NCBI GenBank assembly: GCA_023061495.1 | Contig: GCA_023061495.1_3643.1 | Origin: Escherichia coli | GTDB lineage: Bacteria > Pseudomonadota > Gammaproteobacteria > Enterobacterales > Enterobacteriaceae | Strand: one strand, 5' to 3' | Length of the DNA stretch: 64,000 nt | Shown: positions 18,041-28,100 of the stretch, one piece after another | Layout of the letters: every line of letters begins with the position of its first letter | How positions within the stretch are numbered: the stretch's first letter is position 1 | Position numbers and translations under genes: made by a program | The notes under the pieces: generated by a model | The model's database searches: none | The model's input: only the letters and a program-made list of their open reading frames with translations | What the model was told of the DNA's origin: nothing

Positions 18041-21000
18041 ATGGCTGATATTAAAGTTGTCAGAATTGAATCTCTTCCTGCCACTACCGCAGTGACAGAG
18101 GATGATTACCTGGTTGTTCAACAACCAGACCTGACCCGTCGTGTAAAAATTGGCGATGTTGTCCATGTGGATGGGACTGTTTCTCATGTAATCTCCTTTA
18201 AGGAAGGTGGTAAGTTAAACGGCCCAATGGATTTTGCCTACTTCGAAGAGGAAGACCTCTACCTGCGTTGGAAAGGCGAATTTCCGCACACTGTTCCTGC
18301 ACTGTCTTCACCTTACGCTGATGGTGGGATTACCGATGCTGCATGGATGGTATATACAGATCCGTCCTTAAGGGAGGAGCTGGAATCTACCATTGGTGCA
18401 TCTATGATCATGACAGCCGAAGGGCAGTCTGTCCAGGATGTAATGGATGTTACGGTTCAGACAGCCAACGATGCTAAAGCGCTTGCACAGCGGGTAGATT
18501 TTGGTACAGTGCATACTGTAGGCGATGTCATTCACCTTGTCAACTTTGTTGGTCCTGCAGTTATTGAAGAGGGAAGAACCACTAACTACCCTTCTGAAGC
18601 AGCTGGTGAAAAATTTCTGAACGGTGTGGTATCTCGTCGTGATACTACAACTGTTGATGGTATTTTCCGTGGCGCTACCTCAGGAGCCATGTATACCATT
18701 GCAGTAACCAACGGTGTAGCAACAACAAAAAGAATAGCACTTCGTGATGAATTTAAACGCCTGGAGGCAAACAATCCAACAAGAACAGTTATCCGTGCTG
18801 GAGATGATTTAAACACAGCAGGGTACTTGCAGCTTGATGCAACAGGCCGTTGGGGTATGTGGAACCAGCAAACAGCCTCGTGGCAACCTCTTGCTATAGA
18901 GCAAGGCGGTACAGGAGCCAGAGATGCCGCTGGAGTCCGTATCAATATCGGTGCTTTCTATAAGCAACGTGCAGCCCTTGAGGCAAATTTTAATATCAAT
19001 AACTTGACTGGTAATCAGGACGGCATATACTATCAGCCGATGACTGCTAATGCAACTGAGGCAAATGGTTACCCTGCAGGTTCTGGTGCTGGTCACTTGA
19101 TTGTTTGGCAGAACAATGCTAACGGCGGTACAGGTTGTCGTCAGGAATACTATCCATTCTCTAACGTGGATGTTTGGTATTTGAGAACCTATCAGGCTAA
19201 CACAAACCAGTGGACTGCATGGCAGCCGATGGTCAGACCTCGGAATGATGACACCTTCAGATCTCATATCGGCCTTGGTAAAAACAACTCTCCTGCTTTC
19301 GGGCACCTTTACTTAGCGCAATACTCAGGAGATGTTAAATCTGCTTCAGGTATTCTCCATGGAGATAAATATAACACTGATGGTGTTCTAGAGCATGGCT
19401 ATAGGATCTACTCCGAGGTAAGAAACGACAATAAGGCGTGGTTAACAATCCACCTGCACAAAGGCGCAAAAGGATCTGAAACTCATAGATATTTAGGCTT
19501 CCGTGAGGATGGGGTCTTAGATTGTCCTAAATATATGCAGGTTGGTGATCTGAACGGTCAGCTGGCAAACTGGGGACTTGGAGAATGGATTCGTAGTTCA
19601 GGGGCAGAAAGAGGATTCTGGGGTTCCAAGAAAGCCGCCAAGATGGTAGTCTGGGATGGAGGGATGGACGAGTCCGGTAATGGTACTCTGGAATGGGGTG
19701 TTTATAACAACCGGAAGGCCAAGTGGGAACCTTTACCTCAGGCCGCAGGTGGCACTGGAGCTACAACTTTAGCAGATGCTCAGAATCTGTTCAAAGTTCC
19801 TGTAGCGGCAGGCGTAAAAGATTTCTTAACACTGCCAAGAACTGCAGGAATGGAAGATGGGAAATACTACCCAATCATCGTTAGAACAGATCCATACTAT
19901 GCGCCCACAACTGGTACTGATATTACTATAGTTACCAGATCGTCATCTGGCAGTGACCCTATGAACTGTGCGACCTTACAGTGTCACTATAGAACTGGTG
20001 GGTGGACAGACAGAGGGGATTCTTTCCAAGGGGTTATTAATTTCTACCAAAACGAGAAAGCAATTCTTGGATGTGTATCCCCAACCAGAGGAAAGCAGGA
20101 GTATGTTGCATTCTATGTTGAGTCGCGTGCTTTCCCTGTCAGTGTCTACACAAGCAGAAACGTTCTTGAGGTATTTACCAGAGAAAATGACTGGCAGGTA
20201 GGAAATGTTACTAATAACCAAGATGGTGTCAAGTTTTGCGCCCCTCTTGCGTCGGATAATTTAAGCCTTGCAATTAAAGGTGATGATGTAACAAACACTA
20301 GGATTCTTGCGGAGTTCAAGGGAACACCTGGGTTCTATACAGGCGGTAGTACAGATCGGCACTATATAGGCACACCTGACCGAATGGTTCTGATGAGTAA
20401 GACAGAAATGCCCCCTGTAGAGATGTGGTACAACGGTCTTAACTACATTTGCCCGGGTAGCCAAACCACTAGAAAAGCACTGTTCTCTAACGCAGGGTTC
20501 CAAGCTGCATCGGAAGGAACAGGGGATCTGATCAACAATACCTTTACCTCTAAATGCGGTAATGGCGCAAGACTGCAAGGACAGGCAGAGTTCAGATCTA
20601 CTCCAGAGGCTGGTCAAGTTATTGTTCGTGATGTTGTAGGTTCTGCTCACAGATTCTACAACTTCAACAAAGATGGCACTTTCTCAGCTCCTGGTGGTTT
20701 TGTATGCCACACTGGTGCAGACTGGAACAACCAGTTTGGGCCTAATAACCCGTCCAAAATACTGGCTGGTAACGTCAACGGGCCTGAAGGTTCAATGGTT
20801 GTTGGCGGGTTGTCTGTGGCGTTTTCTGGAAACTATGCTTTCCAGATGGCAGGTAGTTTAGATCAGCTGTACACCCGTTCCATAGAGCGGGGTAACCACA
20901 GAGCGTGGAACAAAGTTATTCAGCACCGTGGTCAAGGGTTGGGGACTAGTGACCTTAACGATTACAAAGCGGATCGCGAAGGTATTTACCATCAAGAGGC

Positions 21001-22477
21001 AAATGCCAACGCCACAGCGGAAAGACACTACCCACCAGGGAAGCAGATGGCTGGTACGCTGATCGTGCTTAGAAACTCTGCCAACGAAGGTACAGGTTGT
21101 GTCCAGATATATAAAATGTATCTTGGGGGAACGTGGGAAAGGTACTATAATAACACTGGCAGCGGAATGAACTGGAGCCCTTGGAAGAGAACGAGCTTCC
21201 CAGAAAGTACAACTGCCCCAGTCATGCCTGACCTGTGGTTGCCTTTAACCTCTAATCTAAAACCTGTACTAGGTGAAGGTGAGATGGTGTTCTCCAGACC
21301 TTCTACAGCAACATATTTCACTAAGCGCGGTGTCATGGCTGTTGCACAGGCAAACCAACCACGTTTCGAAAGAGATGGTCTGCTCATTGAAGGTCAAAGG
21401 ACAAATCTGATGCTTAACAGTGAAGACCCGAGCAAATGGGGAGCCCAGTCACAGATTACGGTCGGCAACACTGTAACAAACACCAACGGCACAAAAGGTG
21501 CAAGATTTACAGTAAGCAACGTATCCGGTGTAGAAACAACGGCGTTAAACCTGGCTACAGTTCCAGCCACCCGAGGTGCAGATGTAACAGGTGCTGAGAA
21601 ATTTTGTACTGGATCTATTATTGCAAGAGGTGGTAAAGCTCACCAGAGACTGCGTGTAAGATTCGACATGTATAACGGATCCACCACAGTATTCCAGGGT
21701 GATGCCTATGTTAACCTGTCAACACTTGAAGTTAAAACAACAGGTGGTGCAGCTGGGAGAATTAAAGTAAAAGCTGAGAGATGGCAAACAGCCGGACCTG
21801 CTTGGATAAGGGTTGTTGCTACGTTTGAGGCAGTGGCCTCTGACATGAATATTGGGTGCCAGTTCCAGATTGCCCCGCCGGAGGGTTCTCAACACGCCGC
21901 AGGGGATTGGATTGACGTCGCAATACCTCAGTTTGAGTTAGGATCTTGTGAGTCCTCGTTTATCCCTACAGGGTCTTCACCAGTGACTAGGGCAGCAGAC
22001 CTTTGTAAATTCCCAATGACTGATAATTTAGCACCTAGACCGTTCACCATCGCCGCTACTGTGGATGCCAACTGGAGAGGTTGGGGAAAAGCTCCTAACG
22101 CAGCTCCTAGGGTTATTGATACAGAGGGTCGCGCTGCATTTATCATGGGGTTTGGCTCTGCAGCGAATATTGCAGAAGATGGTTATCCATATTGCGATAT
22201 TGGTGGTTCAAACAGACGTGTTTATGAGATGGCTAAAGCACGTAAGTTGAAGATGGGGTTCAGGATAAAAGAAGATGGTAAAACCTGCTCTTTTGCCAAC
22301 GGTCTGGTGAGCACGGAAACACAATCTTCTTGGGAATTCCTGGCAGGAGGCGCTCTCATCCGTCTCGGCGGTCAAACAGCGACAGGAGAAAGACATTTGT
22401 TTGGTCATATTAAAGATGTAAGAGTTTGGAACTCTGCATTGACCGATACCCAGCTTATGATGGAGAGTGTTGAATAA
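18041..22477 (+). CDS. long tail fibre protein with N-terminal anchor module, internal duplication and C-terminal LamG/ConA-like lectin motif
   Basis: 1478 aa; RBS AGGAGAAAG; anchor shared with 14738 gene; duplicated segment (...GHLIVWQNNANGGTGCRQEYY... vs ...GTLIVLRNSANEGTGCVQIYK...); C-terminal LFGHIKDVRVWNSALTDTQL. Confidence 0.6.
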   Translation: MADIKVVRIESLPATTAVTEDDYLVVQQPDLTRRVKIGDVVHVDGTVSHVISFKEGGKLNGPMDFAYFEEEDLYLRWKGEFPHTVPALSSPYADGGITDAAWMVYTDPSLREELESTIGASMIMTAEGQSVQDVMDVTVQTANDAKALAQRVDFGTVHTVGDVIHLVNFVGPAVIEEGRTTNYPSEAAGEKFLNGVVSRRDTTTVDGIFRGATSGAMYTIAVTNGVATTKRIALRDEFKRLEANNPTRTVIRAGDDLNTAGYLQLDATGRWGMWNQQTASWQPLAIEQGGTGARDAAGVRINIGAFYKQRAALEANFNINNLTGNQDGIYYQPMTANATEANGYPAGSGAGHLIVWQNNANGGTGCRQEYYPFSNVDVWYLRTYQANTNQWTAWQPMVRPRNDDTFRSHIGLGKNNSPAFGHLYLAQYSGDVKSASGILHGDKYNTDGVLEHGYRIYSEVRNDNKAWLTIHLHKGAKGSETHRYLGFREDGVLDCPKYMQVGDLNGQLANWGLGEWIRSSGAERGFWGSKKAAKMVVWDGGMDESGNGTLEWGVYNNRKAKWEPLPQAAGGTGATTLADAQNLFKVPVAAGVKDFLTLPRTAGMEDGKYYPIIVRTDPYYAPTTGTDITIVTRSSSGSDPMNCATLQCHYRTGGWTDRGDSFQGVINFYQNEKAILGCVSPTRGKQEYVAFYVESRAFPVSVYTSRNVLEVFTRENDWQVGNVTNNQDGVKFCAPLASDNLSLAIKGDDVTNTRILAEFKGTPGFYTGGSTDRHYIGTPDRMVLMSKTEMPPVEMWYNGLNYICPGSQTTRKALFSNAGFQAASEGTGDLINNTFTSKCGNGARLQGQAEFRSTPEAGQVIVRDVVGSAHRFYNFNKDGTFSAPGGFVCHTGADWNNQFGPNNPSKILAGNVNGPEGSMVVGGLSVAFSGNYAFQMAGSLDQLYTRSIERGNHRAWNKVIQHRGQGLGTSDLNDYKADREGIYHQEANANATAERHYPPGKQMAGTLIVLRNSANEGTGCVQIYKMYLGGTWERYYNNTGSGMNWSPWKRTSFPESTTAPVMPDLWLPLTSNLKPVLGEGEMVFSRPSTATYFTKRGVMAVAQANQPRFERDGLLIEGQRTNLMLNSEDPSKWGAQSQITVGNTVTNTNGTKGARFTVSNVSGVETTALNLATVPATRGADVTGAEKFCTGSIIARGGKAHQRLRVRFDMYNGSTTVFQGDAYVNLSTLEVKTTGGAAGRIKVKAERWQTAGPAWIRVVATFEAVASDMNIGCQFQIAPPEGSQHAAGDWIDVAIPQFELGSCESSFIPTGSSPVTRAADLCKFPMTDNLAPRPFTIAATVDANWRGWGKAPNAAPRVIDTEGRAAFIMGFGSAANIAEDGYPYCDIGGSNRRVYEMAKARKLKMGFRIKEDGKTCSFANGLVSTETQSSWEFLAGGALIRLGGQTATGERHLFGHIKDVRVWNSALTDTQLMMESVE

Positions 22478-22809
22478 TGAATACTTTTACCCTTGGGTTT
22501 ACTGGTAGGGAGGATTTTAACGGTTTCATGGACGAAATCGGCTTTTACGAGAACGAGGTGTTGCAAAACACCCTTCTTGTAGAGGTTGTCGGGTTTATTT
22601 ACACAGAAACTGAAGACACTTATGAGGCCGAGGACGAGTTTGGCAACATGGTTGTCTACCCAGTTTGCGAGAAAAGTAAATTGTTTTATGTCAACGTTCT
22701 GGCTCTAGACGAGGATGCAGAAAACATCGTCTCGAAAAGCGGAAAAGTTGTAGATCCGATAAGGTTGAACATGTTCGACCAATCAGTATCTACCTTGGAA
22801 GCACTTTAA
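22477..22809 (+). CDS. hypothetical small acidic protein (possible fibre chaperone)
   Basis: 110 aa, start overlaps fibre stop (TAATG); followed by terminator. Confidence 0.4.
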   Translation: MNTFTLGFTGREDFNGFMDEIGFYENEVLQNTLLVEVVGFIYTETEDTYEAEDEFGNMVVYPVCEKSKLFYVNVLALDEDAENIVSKSGKVVDPIRLNMFDQSVSTLEAL

Positions 22810-22815
22810 AGTATT

Positions 22816-22841
22816 GCCCTCGCTTCGGCGGGGGCTTTTTG
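22816..22841 (+). terminator. rho-independent terminator with UUCG tetraloop
   Basis: GCCCTCGC-TTCG-GCGGGGGC hairpin followed by TTTTT; same hairpin family as 28735 and 54667. Confidence 0.7.
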
Positions 22842-22847
22842 TTTGTA

Positions 22848-22876
22848 TTGCGTATTAACTTAAAATCTGGTAAAAT
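22848..22876 (+). promoter_or_regulatory. sigma70-like promoter with extended -10 (TTGCGT, 17 bp, TGgTAAAAT)
   Basis: -35 TTGCGT 22848-22853, TG 22868-22869, -10 TAAAAT 22871-22876. Confidence 0.45.
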
Positions 22877-22906
22877 AACTATCATAATTGTTAACCGGGA
22901 GGCACA

Positions 22907-23497
22907 ATGTTTTTATGGGAAAGGCCTAGATACCTTCCAGATATTAGACTGGAGCTACTGGCAGACATCGTTACATTTAAAAGCCCGTTTACAGGTAAGA
23001 CGCAAAAAGTCACCTATGCCACGCCTAACTGGAAAGGCACTTTGACGGTTTCCAATATCAGCGAGTCTCAGTTGTTGGAGCTTAAAAGTTTTGTTGATCA
23101 GGTTTACAAAGATGGAAATATTTTTCTTATCAAGGCTTATGGGCATTCAGTGACCTCCAACGAGCCAATCGCTCTTGGACCAACTGGTAACGACGATTTT
23201 TTGAAGACGGTTGGTTGGGAGCCTAACAGGGATATAGCCAGAGCTGGGGATAAAATATCTGTCAATGATGAGTTGAAAGTGGTGACAGCCTCAGTACGAA
23301 GTGATGGTGTTGGGGCCGCTGTTATAAACATATCCCCAAGACTTAGGAAACCTATTGCCGCAGGGGATACCATGAAAATAATAACTCAATCTCCGAAGGG
23401 TAGATTTCATATCCGAGATCTTTATAAAATTAAGCAAAAGGTTGATGCTATGCAGAAAGGTGATAATATAGTTATCAACTTCTTTGAGGATTTCTAA
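22907..23497 (+). CDS. hypothetical distal-tail structural protein
   Basis: 196 aa, RBS GGGAGG; first gene of a run resembling a lambda-like tail-tip module. Confidence 0.4.
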   Translation: MFLWERPRYLPDIRLELLADIVTFKSPFTGKTQKVTYATPNWKGTLTVSNISESQLLELKSFVDQVYKDGNIFLIKAYGHSVTSNEPIALGPTGNDDFLKTVGWEPNRDIARAGDKISVNDELKVVTASVRSDGVGAAVINISPRLRKPIAAGDTMKIITQSPKGRFHIRDLYKIKQKVDAMQKGDNIVINFFEDF

Positions 23498-23498
23498 G

Positions 23499-24050
23499 AT
23501 GATAAGAGCGCCATTAGATAATTTATTTCTTGAAAAGCTAGAGCTTGATGGTGTTGAGATCTTAATTGCTGCAAAGCTAGAGCTGCCAACAGGGACTGTC
23601 AGGGTGTGCTCAGGAACTGGTGTTGTGGTTATTGAGGGGCAACATTTTATAGGGATAGGTGGATCAGCAACATTGACTGCTGTGTCTGAGAAAGATGCCA
23701 CCAACTTCGGATCTGTGGTAGCAACATTGAACGGGTTTGATCCTAAATATGTTGGCGATCTACTGAAGACGGAGTACTCTGGTTGCCGTGCCACGTTATA
23801 TATCACCGCTATGGAGAATGGTTTACCTGTCACAACTAATGGCTTGTTTGACGGCCTTATAACAGACATGGCTATTCAGACAGGGGAGAATAGTGCTCTG
23901 TCCATATCCATCTCTTCCATCTTCAACAGCTGGTTAAGAGGTTTTCCTTATCGATACACAGAGGAAAGCCATAGCTCAAGAAACGATAACGACAGATTTT
24001 TTAAATATGTGGATCAGGTGGCGAGCCGCCCGATCATTTGGGAGGTTTAA
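23499..24050 (+). CDS. hypothetical distal-tail structural protein
   Basis: ATG 23499 preceded by GAGGA (23486-23490), chosen over the track's TTG at 23484; 183 aa. Confidence 0.4.
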   Translation: MIRAPLDNLFLEKLELDGVEILIAAKLELPTGTVRVCSGTGVVVIEGQHFIGIGGSATLTAVSEKDATNFGSVVATLNGFDPKYVGDLLKTEYSGCRATLYITAMENGLPVTTNGLFDGLITDMAIQTGENSALSISISSIFNSWLRGFPYRYTEESHSSRNDNDRFFKYVDQVASRPIIWEV

Positions 24051-24475
24051 TGAGCACACATCCTCGTTTAGTAGACTGGCAAGAAAGGTTGTGGAAAGTA
24101 TTTGACGAAGAAGCCACCGTCCCGTTTGAATGGGGATTCCACGATTGTTGCACTTTTGCTGCTAAGTGTGTTGATGCCCAATACGGAACAGATTTTCTTT
24201 CTAACTTTGAAGGAACGTATAAAACAGAGTTGGAAAGCAAGAGATGGTGCATGCTTCGTTTCAAAACCACACACCTACCTACTGTTTTTGATCTCTTTTT
24301 GACTCGACTGGATACTCCTAAACAGGTCCAGCGTGGTGATATTGTTATTTTCGAAGGTCTGAACGGCCTCACCGCTGGTGTGTTTTGGAACAACCAGATT
24401 TGGGCGAAAGGTGATAAAGGGATCTTTACGTTCGATATGAAAGATTCTATCGTTGTTGATGTCTGGAGGTATTAA
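24050..24475 (+). CDS. tail-tip protein with Cys-containing motif, possible NlpC/P60-like (lambda gpK-like; speculative)
   Basis: ATG 24050 preceded by GGGAGG, chosen over the track's TTG at 24038; motif FEWGFHDCCTFAAKCVD; directly upstream of the J-like gene. Confidence 0.35.
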   Translation: MSTHPRLVDWQERLWKVFDEEATVPFEWGFHDCCTFAAKCVDAQYGTDFLSNFEGTYKTELESKRWCMLRFKTTHLPTVFDLFLTRLDTPKQVQRGDIVIFEGLNGLTAGVFWNNQIWAKGDKGIFTFDMKDSIVVDVWRY

Positions 24476-25131
24476 TGCCAATTGCAATGATTGATAACAT
24501 CGTTGCTTCTGCAAGATCTTCAAGTTATGACTGGAACGCATCCAAGGCAGCTCTGGCTGACAGCCTGAACACTGTTACCACCAGAACTCTGGATAAGATT
24601 TTCGAGGGCAACAAATCTTACAGAAGTCAGCAAGATAGACAAAAGCTTCTCAGATCTTCTGCTGCACCTTGCTCTGTAGTATATGGAAAGACACGCACAT
24701 CTGGATTGCTTGCGTTTTTGGAGCAGGACAGAGACAGAACCCTTCATTGTGCTATTGTTCTTGCCAATCACCCTCTGGAAGGTATAGAAGATATACTTAT
24801 CGACGGTAATCCTATTTCCTCGTATGGAGATTTGGTATCGTGGGAGCTGCATAACGACAGAAAAACCTCTGATCCTTTCATGGGCACACACTGCCCATCG
24901 TGGTCACCGGACATGATAGGTAGAGGGATCAGTTGGCTACGAGTCAGCTTCAGGTTTGACCCTAACAAGTTTCCTTTTGGGTTGCCAAACGTCACACTCG
25001 TCAAGGTTGGTAAAAAATGCNNNNNNNNNNNNNNNNNNNNNNNNNNNNNNNNNNNNNNNNNNNNNNNNNNNNNNNNNNNNNNNNNNNNNNNNNNNNNNNN
25101 NNNNNNNNNNNNNNNNAAAAAAATGCTATGA
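24475..25131 (+). CDS. tail-tip protein; either a separate gene or the N-terminal part of the J-like protein (unresolved because of N-run)
   Basis: RBS GGAGG then ATG 24475; frame-1 ORF runs into the N-run at 25021-25116 and stops four codons after it; the downstream J-like ORF is in another frame. Confidence 0.35.
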   Translation: MPIAMIDNIVASARSSSYDWNASKAALADSLNTVTTRTLDKIFEGNKSYRSQQDRQKLLRSSAAPCSVVYGKTRTSGLLAFLEQDRDRTLHCAIVLANHPLEGIEDILIDGNPISSYGDLVSWELHNDRKTSDPFMGTHCPSWSPDMIGRGISWLRVSFRFDPNKFPFGLPNVTLVKVGKKCXXXXXXXXXXXXXXXXXXXXXXXXXXXXXXXXKKML

Positions 25132-28100
25132 TCCTCGCACCAGTAAAGAGGTGTATACCAATAACGCTGCCTTGGTGATTCTGGACTATTTAAGAACATA
25201 CCTTAAATGTCCTGACGAAACCATCAACTGGGAGTCCTTCAAGGAGGCTGCCAACATATGCGACGAGGCTGTAAGAAACGCAGACGGAACCAGCGAGCGT
25301 CGTTACACCATTAATGGTGAGTTTGACATGGATGAAGCACCAGCGAGTATTATGGCAGAAATGCTGAAAGCTTGTGGTGCAGATCTTAGCTATGTAGCTG
25401 GTAAGTATGGTCTGCTGGTAGGTGCATACTATGGCCCGGCAACAATGACACTGAGTGAGGACTGTGTTTGCGGTGAGGTTAAGATCTATCCGGAAGCCTC
25501 TTTCGACAAGAGATCGAACACAATAACTGGCAGATTCACTAGTCCAACCAAAGGGTATTCTGAAACAGATTTTCCATCAGTGTTTGTCCCAGAGTGGATA
25601 GAGAAGGATGGAGAAAGAAAGATAATTGATATAGATTATCGTTTTGTTACCAGCCCTTATCAAGCTCAGCGTGTTTCTGCAATCTTCTTAAGACGTGCCC
25701 GAGCTGGCAGGATTATTGAAGTAACCTGCAATATGCGAGGTTTTAAATTTAAACCTGGGCGTTACGTTACGATGAATCTTCCAAGTATTGGTATAGTGGG
25801 CCAAGAAATGAGGGTTCTTGAATGGGAGTTCACCAAAAAGGGCGGTGTCAAGGTAAAACTCCGTCAAGATGCTAAAGAGTGGAATGATGCCACAGGGCAA
25901 CTTCCGGATTCTGGAGATGTGGATATTCCGATATCCCCGTCCGGCGTAGCTCAACCGCAAAACTTCAGATACTCTGTTCTTCAAGCTGGGGAAGTAACTC
26001 ATGGTGTTTTGGCTTGGGACAACGTTGGAACTTATGCTCAAAATATTGTGCAGGTAAGAAAGAACGGAGAGATTATTTGGACAGCACAGACAGTTGAGCA
26101 GTTTGTCCGCGTAGAAGGATTGACCAAAGGGTCATACACAGCAACCGTGGTTGCAACATCTTATAAAGGTGGTGTATCTCCAGAAGCTTACTGCGAGTTT
26201 AACATTCAAGCACCTGAAGCTCCTGTTTCTGTAGAAGTTAAGCAGGGATACTTTGCTATCACCTTGATTCCGCACAGCAGGGACTTAGCAAGTGTAAGCA
26301 CCCAGTATGATTTTTGGACATCTGGTATGACAAGGTTGCCGGACACAAGTGATGCAACCGTTACTTCAAAAGCCACCCGTATGGGTGTTGGTTCAACTTG
26401 GACATCTGAAGGTCTGCAGAACGATAAGATTTATTATTGGTATATTCGAACCACAAACGCTTTTGGTAGTTCTCAGTTTGTAGAATGCGCTGCACGCTGC
26501 TACACCTCTATTGAAGATTTGATGCCTCAGATAGATGCTGAATTTAAAAAGACAGAAACTTATAAAGAGTTGATGAGCACTTTAGATTCCTCTATCGAGG
26601 AGGTTGAAAATCGTGTCACAGAACTTAACAGGTACATGGATGGTAGAGTTGACGAGGCTTTTGACCGCATGGAAGGTGAGTTCTCTAGAGTAGACAAGCT
26701 GTATGCTCAGTTGGGGGATAGGGTTGGAATATTCATCCAAGAAACCCACGACAACTTCCAGGACGTTAATGGAACGCTTACCACTCTAGACCAGAAACTG
26801 GTAGCCACTCAGAACAAGTTTGCAGATGATCTTTCTAAAGAAAGTGGTAAGCTGACTTCTCTAATACAGACCACCAACAAAGCTACAACCGATCTGTTAA
26901 ATCAGAAAACTGAAGCTTTGGACGAGAAGATTGTTTCAACAAGGGGTGAATTGGAAGATGCTTTGGCACAGGAAAGCTCTGAGCTGAACTCTCTGATTGT
27001 TTCAACCAATAAAACGACTACAGATCTCCTTAATCGGAAAACCGAGGCTTTAGACAATAAGCTGACAGCAACGAAAGGTGAGTTGACCAACAATCTGCAA
27101 AATGAGAGTGCTAAACTATCATCCTTGATTGAGTCAACCAACAAATCCACCACTGATCTTCTTAATAAGAAAACAGAGGCGTTGGATGAAAAACTGGTTG
27201 CTGCACAGGGCGAGTTGACTGAGCAGATCGGAGATGTTGAAAAAGGCTATCTGGCTGGTGATAAGAGCCTAGAGGGCAAGTTGAATACTCAAAGATCTGA
27301 GTTGGATGCGAGCATTCTGAGCACTAACCAGGCCACTGTGGACTTGCTGAACAGAACTTCTGAGACTCTTGACCAGAAGATTAGCCAGACCAACGCCACA
27401 GTGTCCAAAAACTACACCACGCTTGATGGTAAGATAAACACCGCCAAGTCTGATCTTAATACGTTGATTTCTACCACCAACAAGGCCACAACTGACCTAT
27501 TGAATCAGAAAACGGCAGCTTTGACTGAGCAGTTAACCACTGCTAAAGGGCAGATTACAACCAACACCAATAACATTACCGGGTTGGATAATAAGCTGAC
27601 TCAGACTAAGAAAGAATTGTCTGCGAATATTTCTGAAACTAATAAGTCTACTGTTGACCTTATTAATGGCACAGCGTCAGCTATTCGTCAAGAACTTGCT
27701 GTTGCTAAGCAGGAGATTATTGATGATGTTGGAGATGTGACCGAACTCAGAGCTGCAGTGGCTACAACATCTAAGGCTGTGACCGACTTAGAGGGCAAAG
27801 TAAATGCTCAATGGGGCACAAAAATACAGGTAGACTCCGCAGGGAATAAGTATGTGGCAGGTATCCAGTTAGGCATGGAAGGCTCTGGAGGCCAAGTTCA
27901 GTCATATTTCATGGTTAGCGCAAACAACTTTGCGGTATACAACCCAGGCAATGGAACAGCAACCCTTGCTTTCGCAATCAAGAACAACCAAGCGTTCTTG
28001 AAAGACGCTTTTATAGAGAACGGCACGATCTCTTCTGCCAAGATCGCGCAAGAAATTTCGTCAAACAACTACGATGGCAACGGGTACCACAAATACGGTT

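Noticed and set aside
26850-27790. Repetitive DNA that might be mistaken for a CRISPR array or satellite
   Set aside because: The repeats are in frame and encode degenerate coiled-coil units of the J-like protein; there is no repeat-spacer structure and no cas genes.
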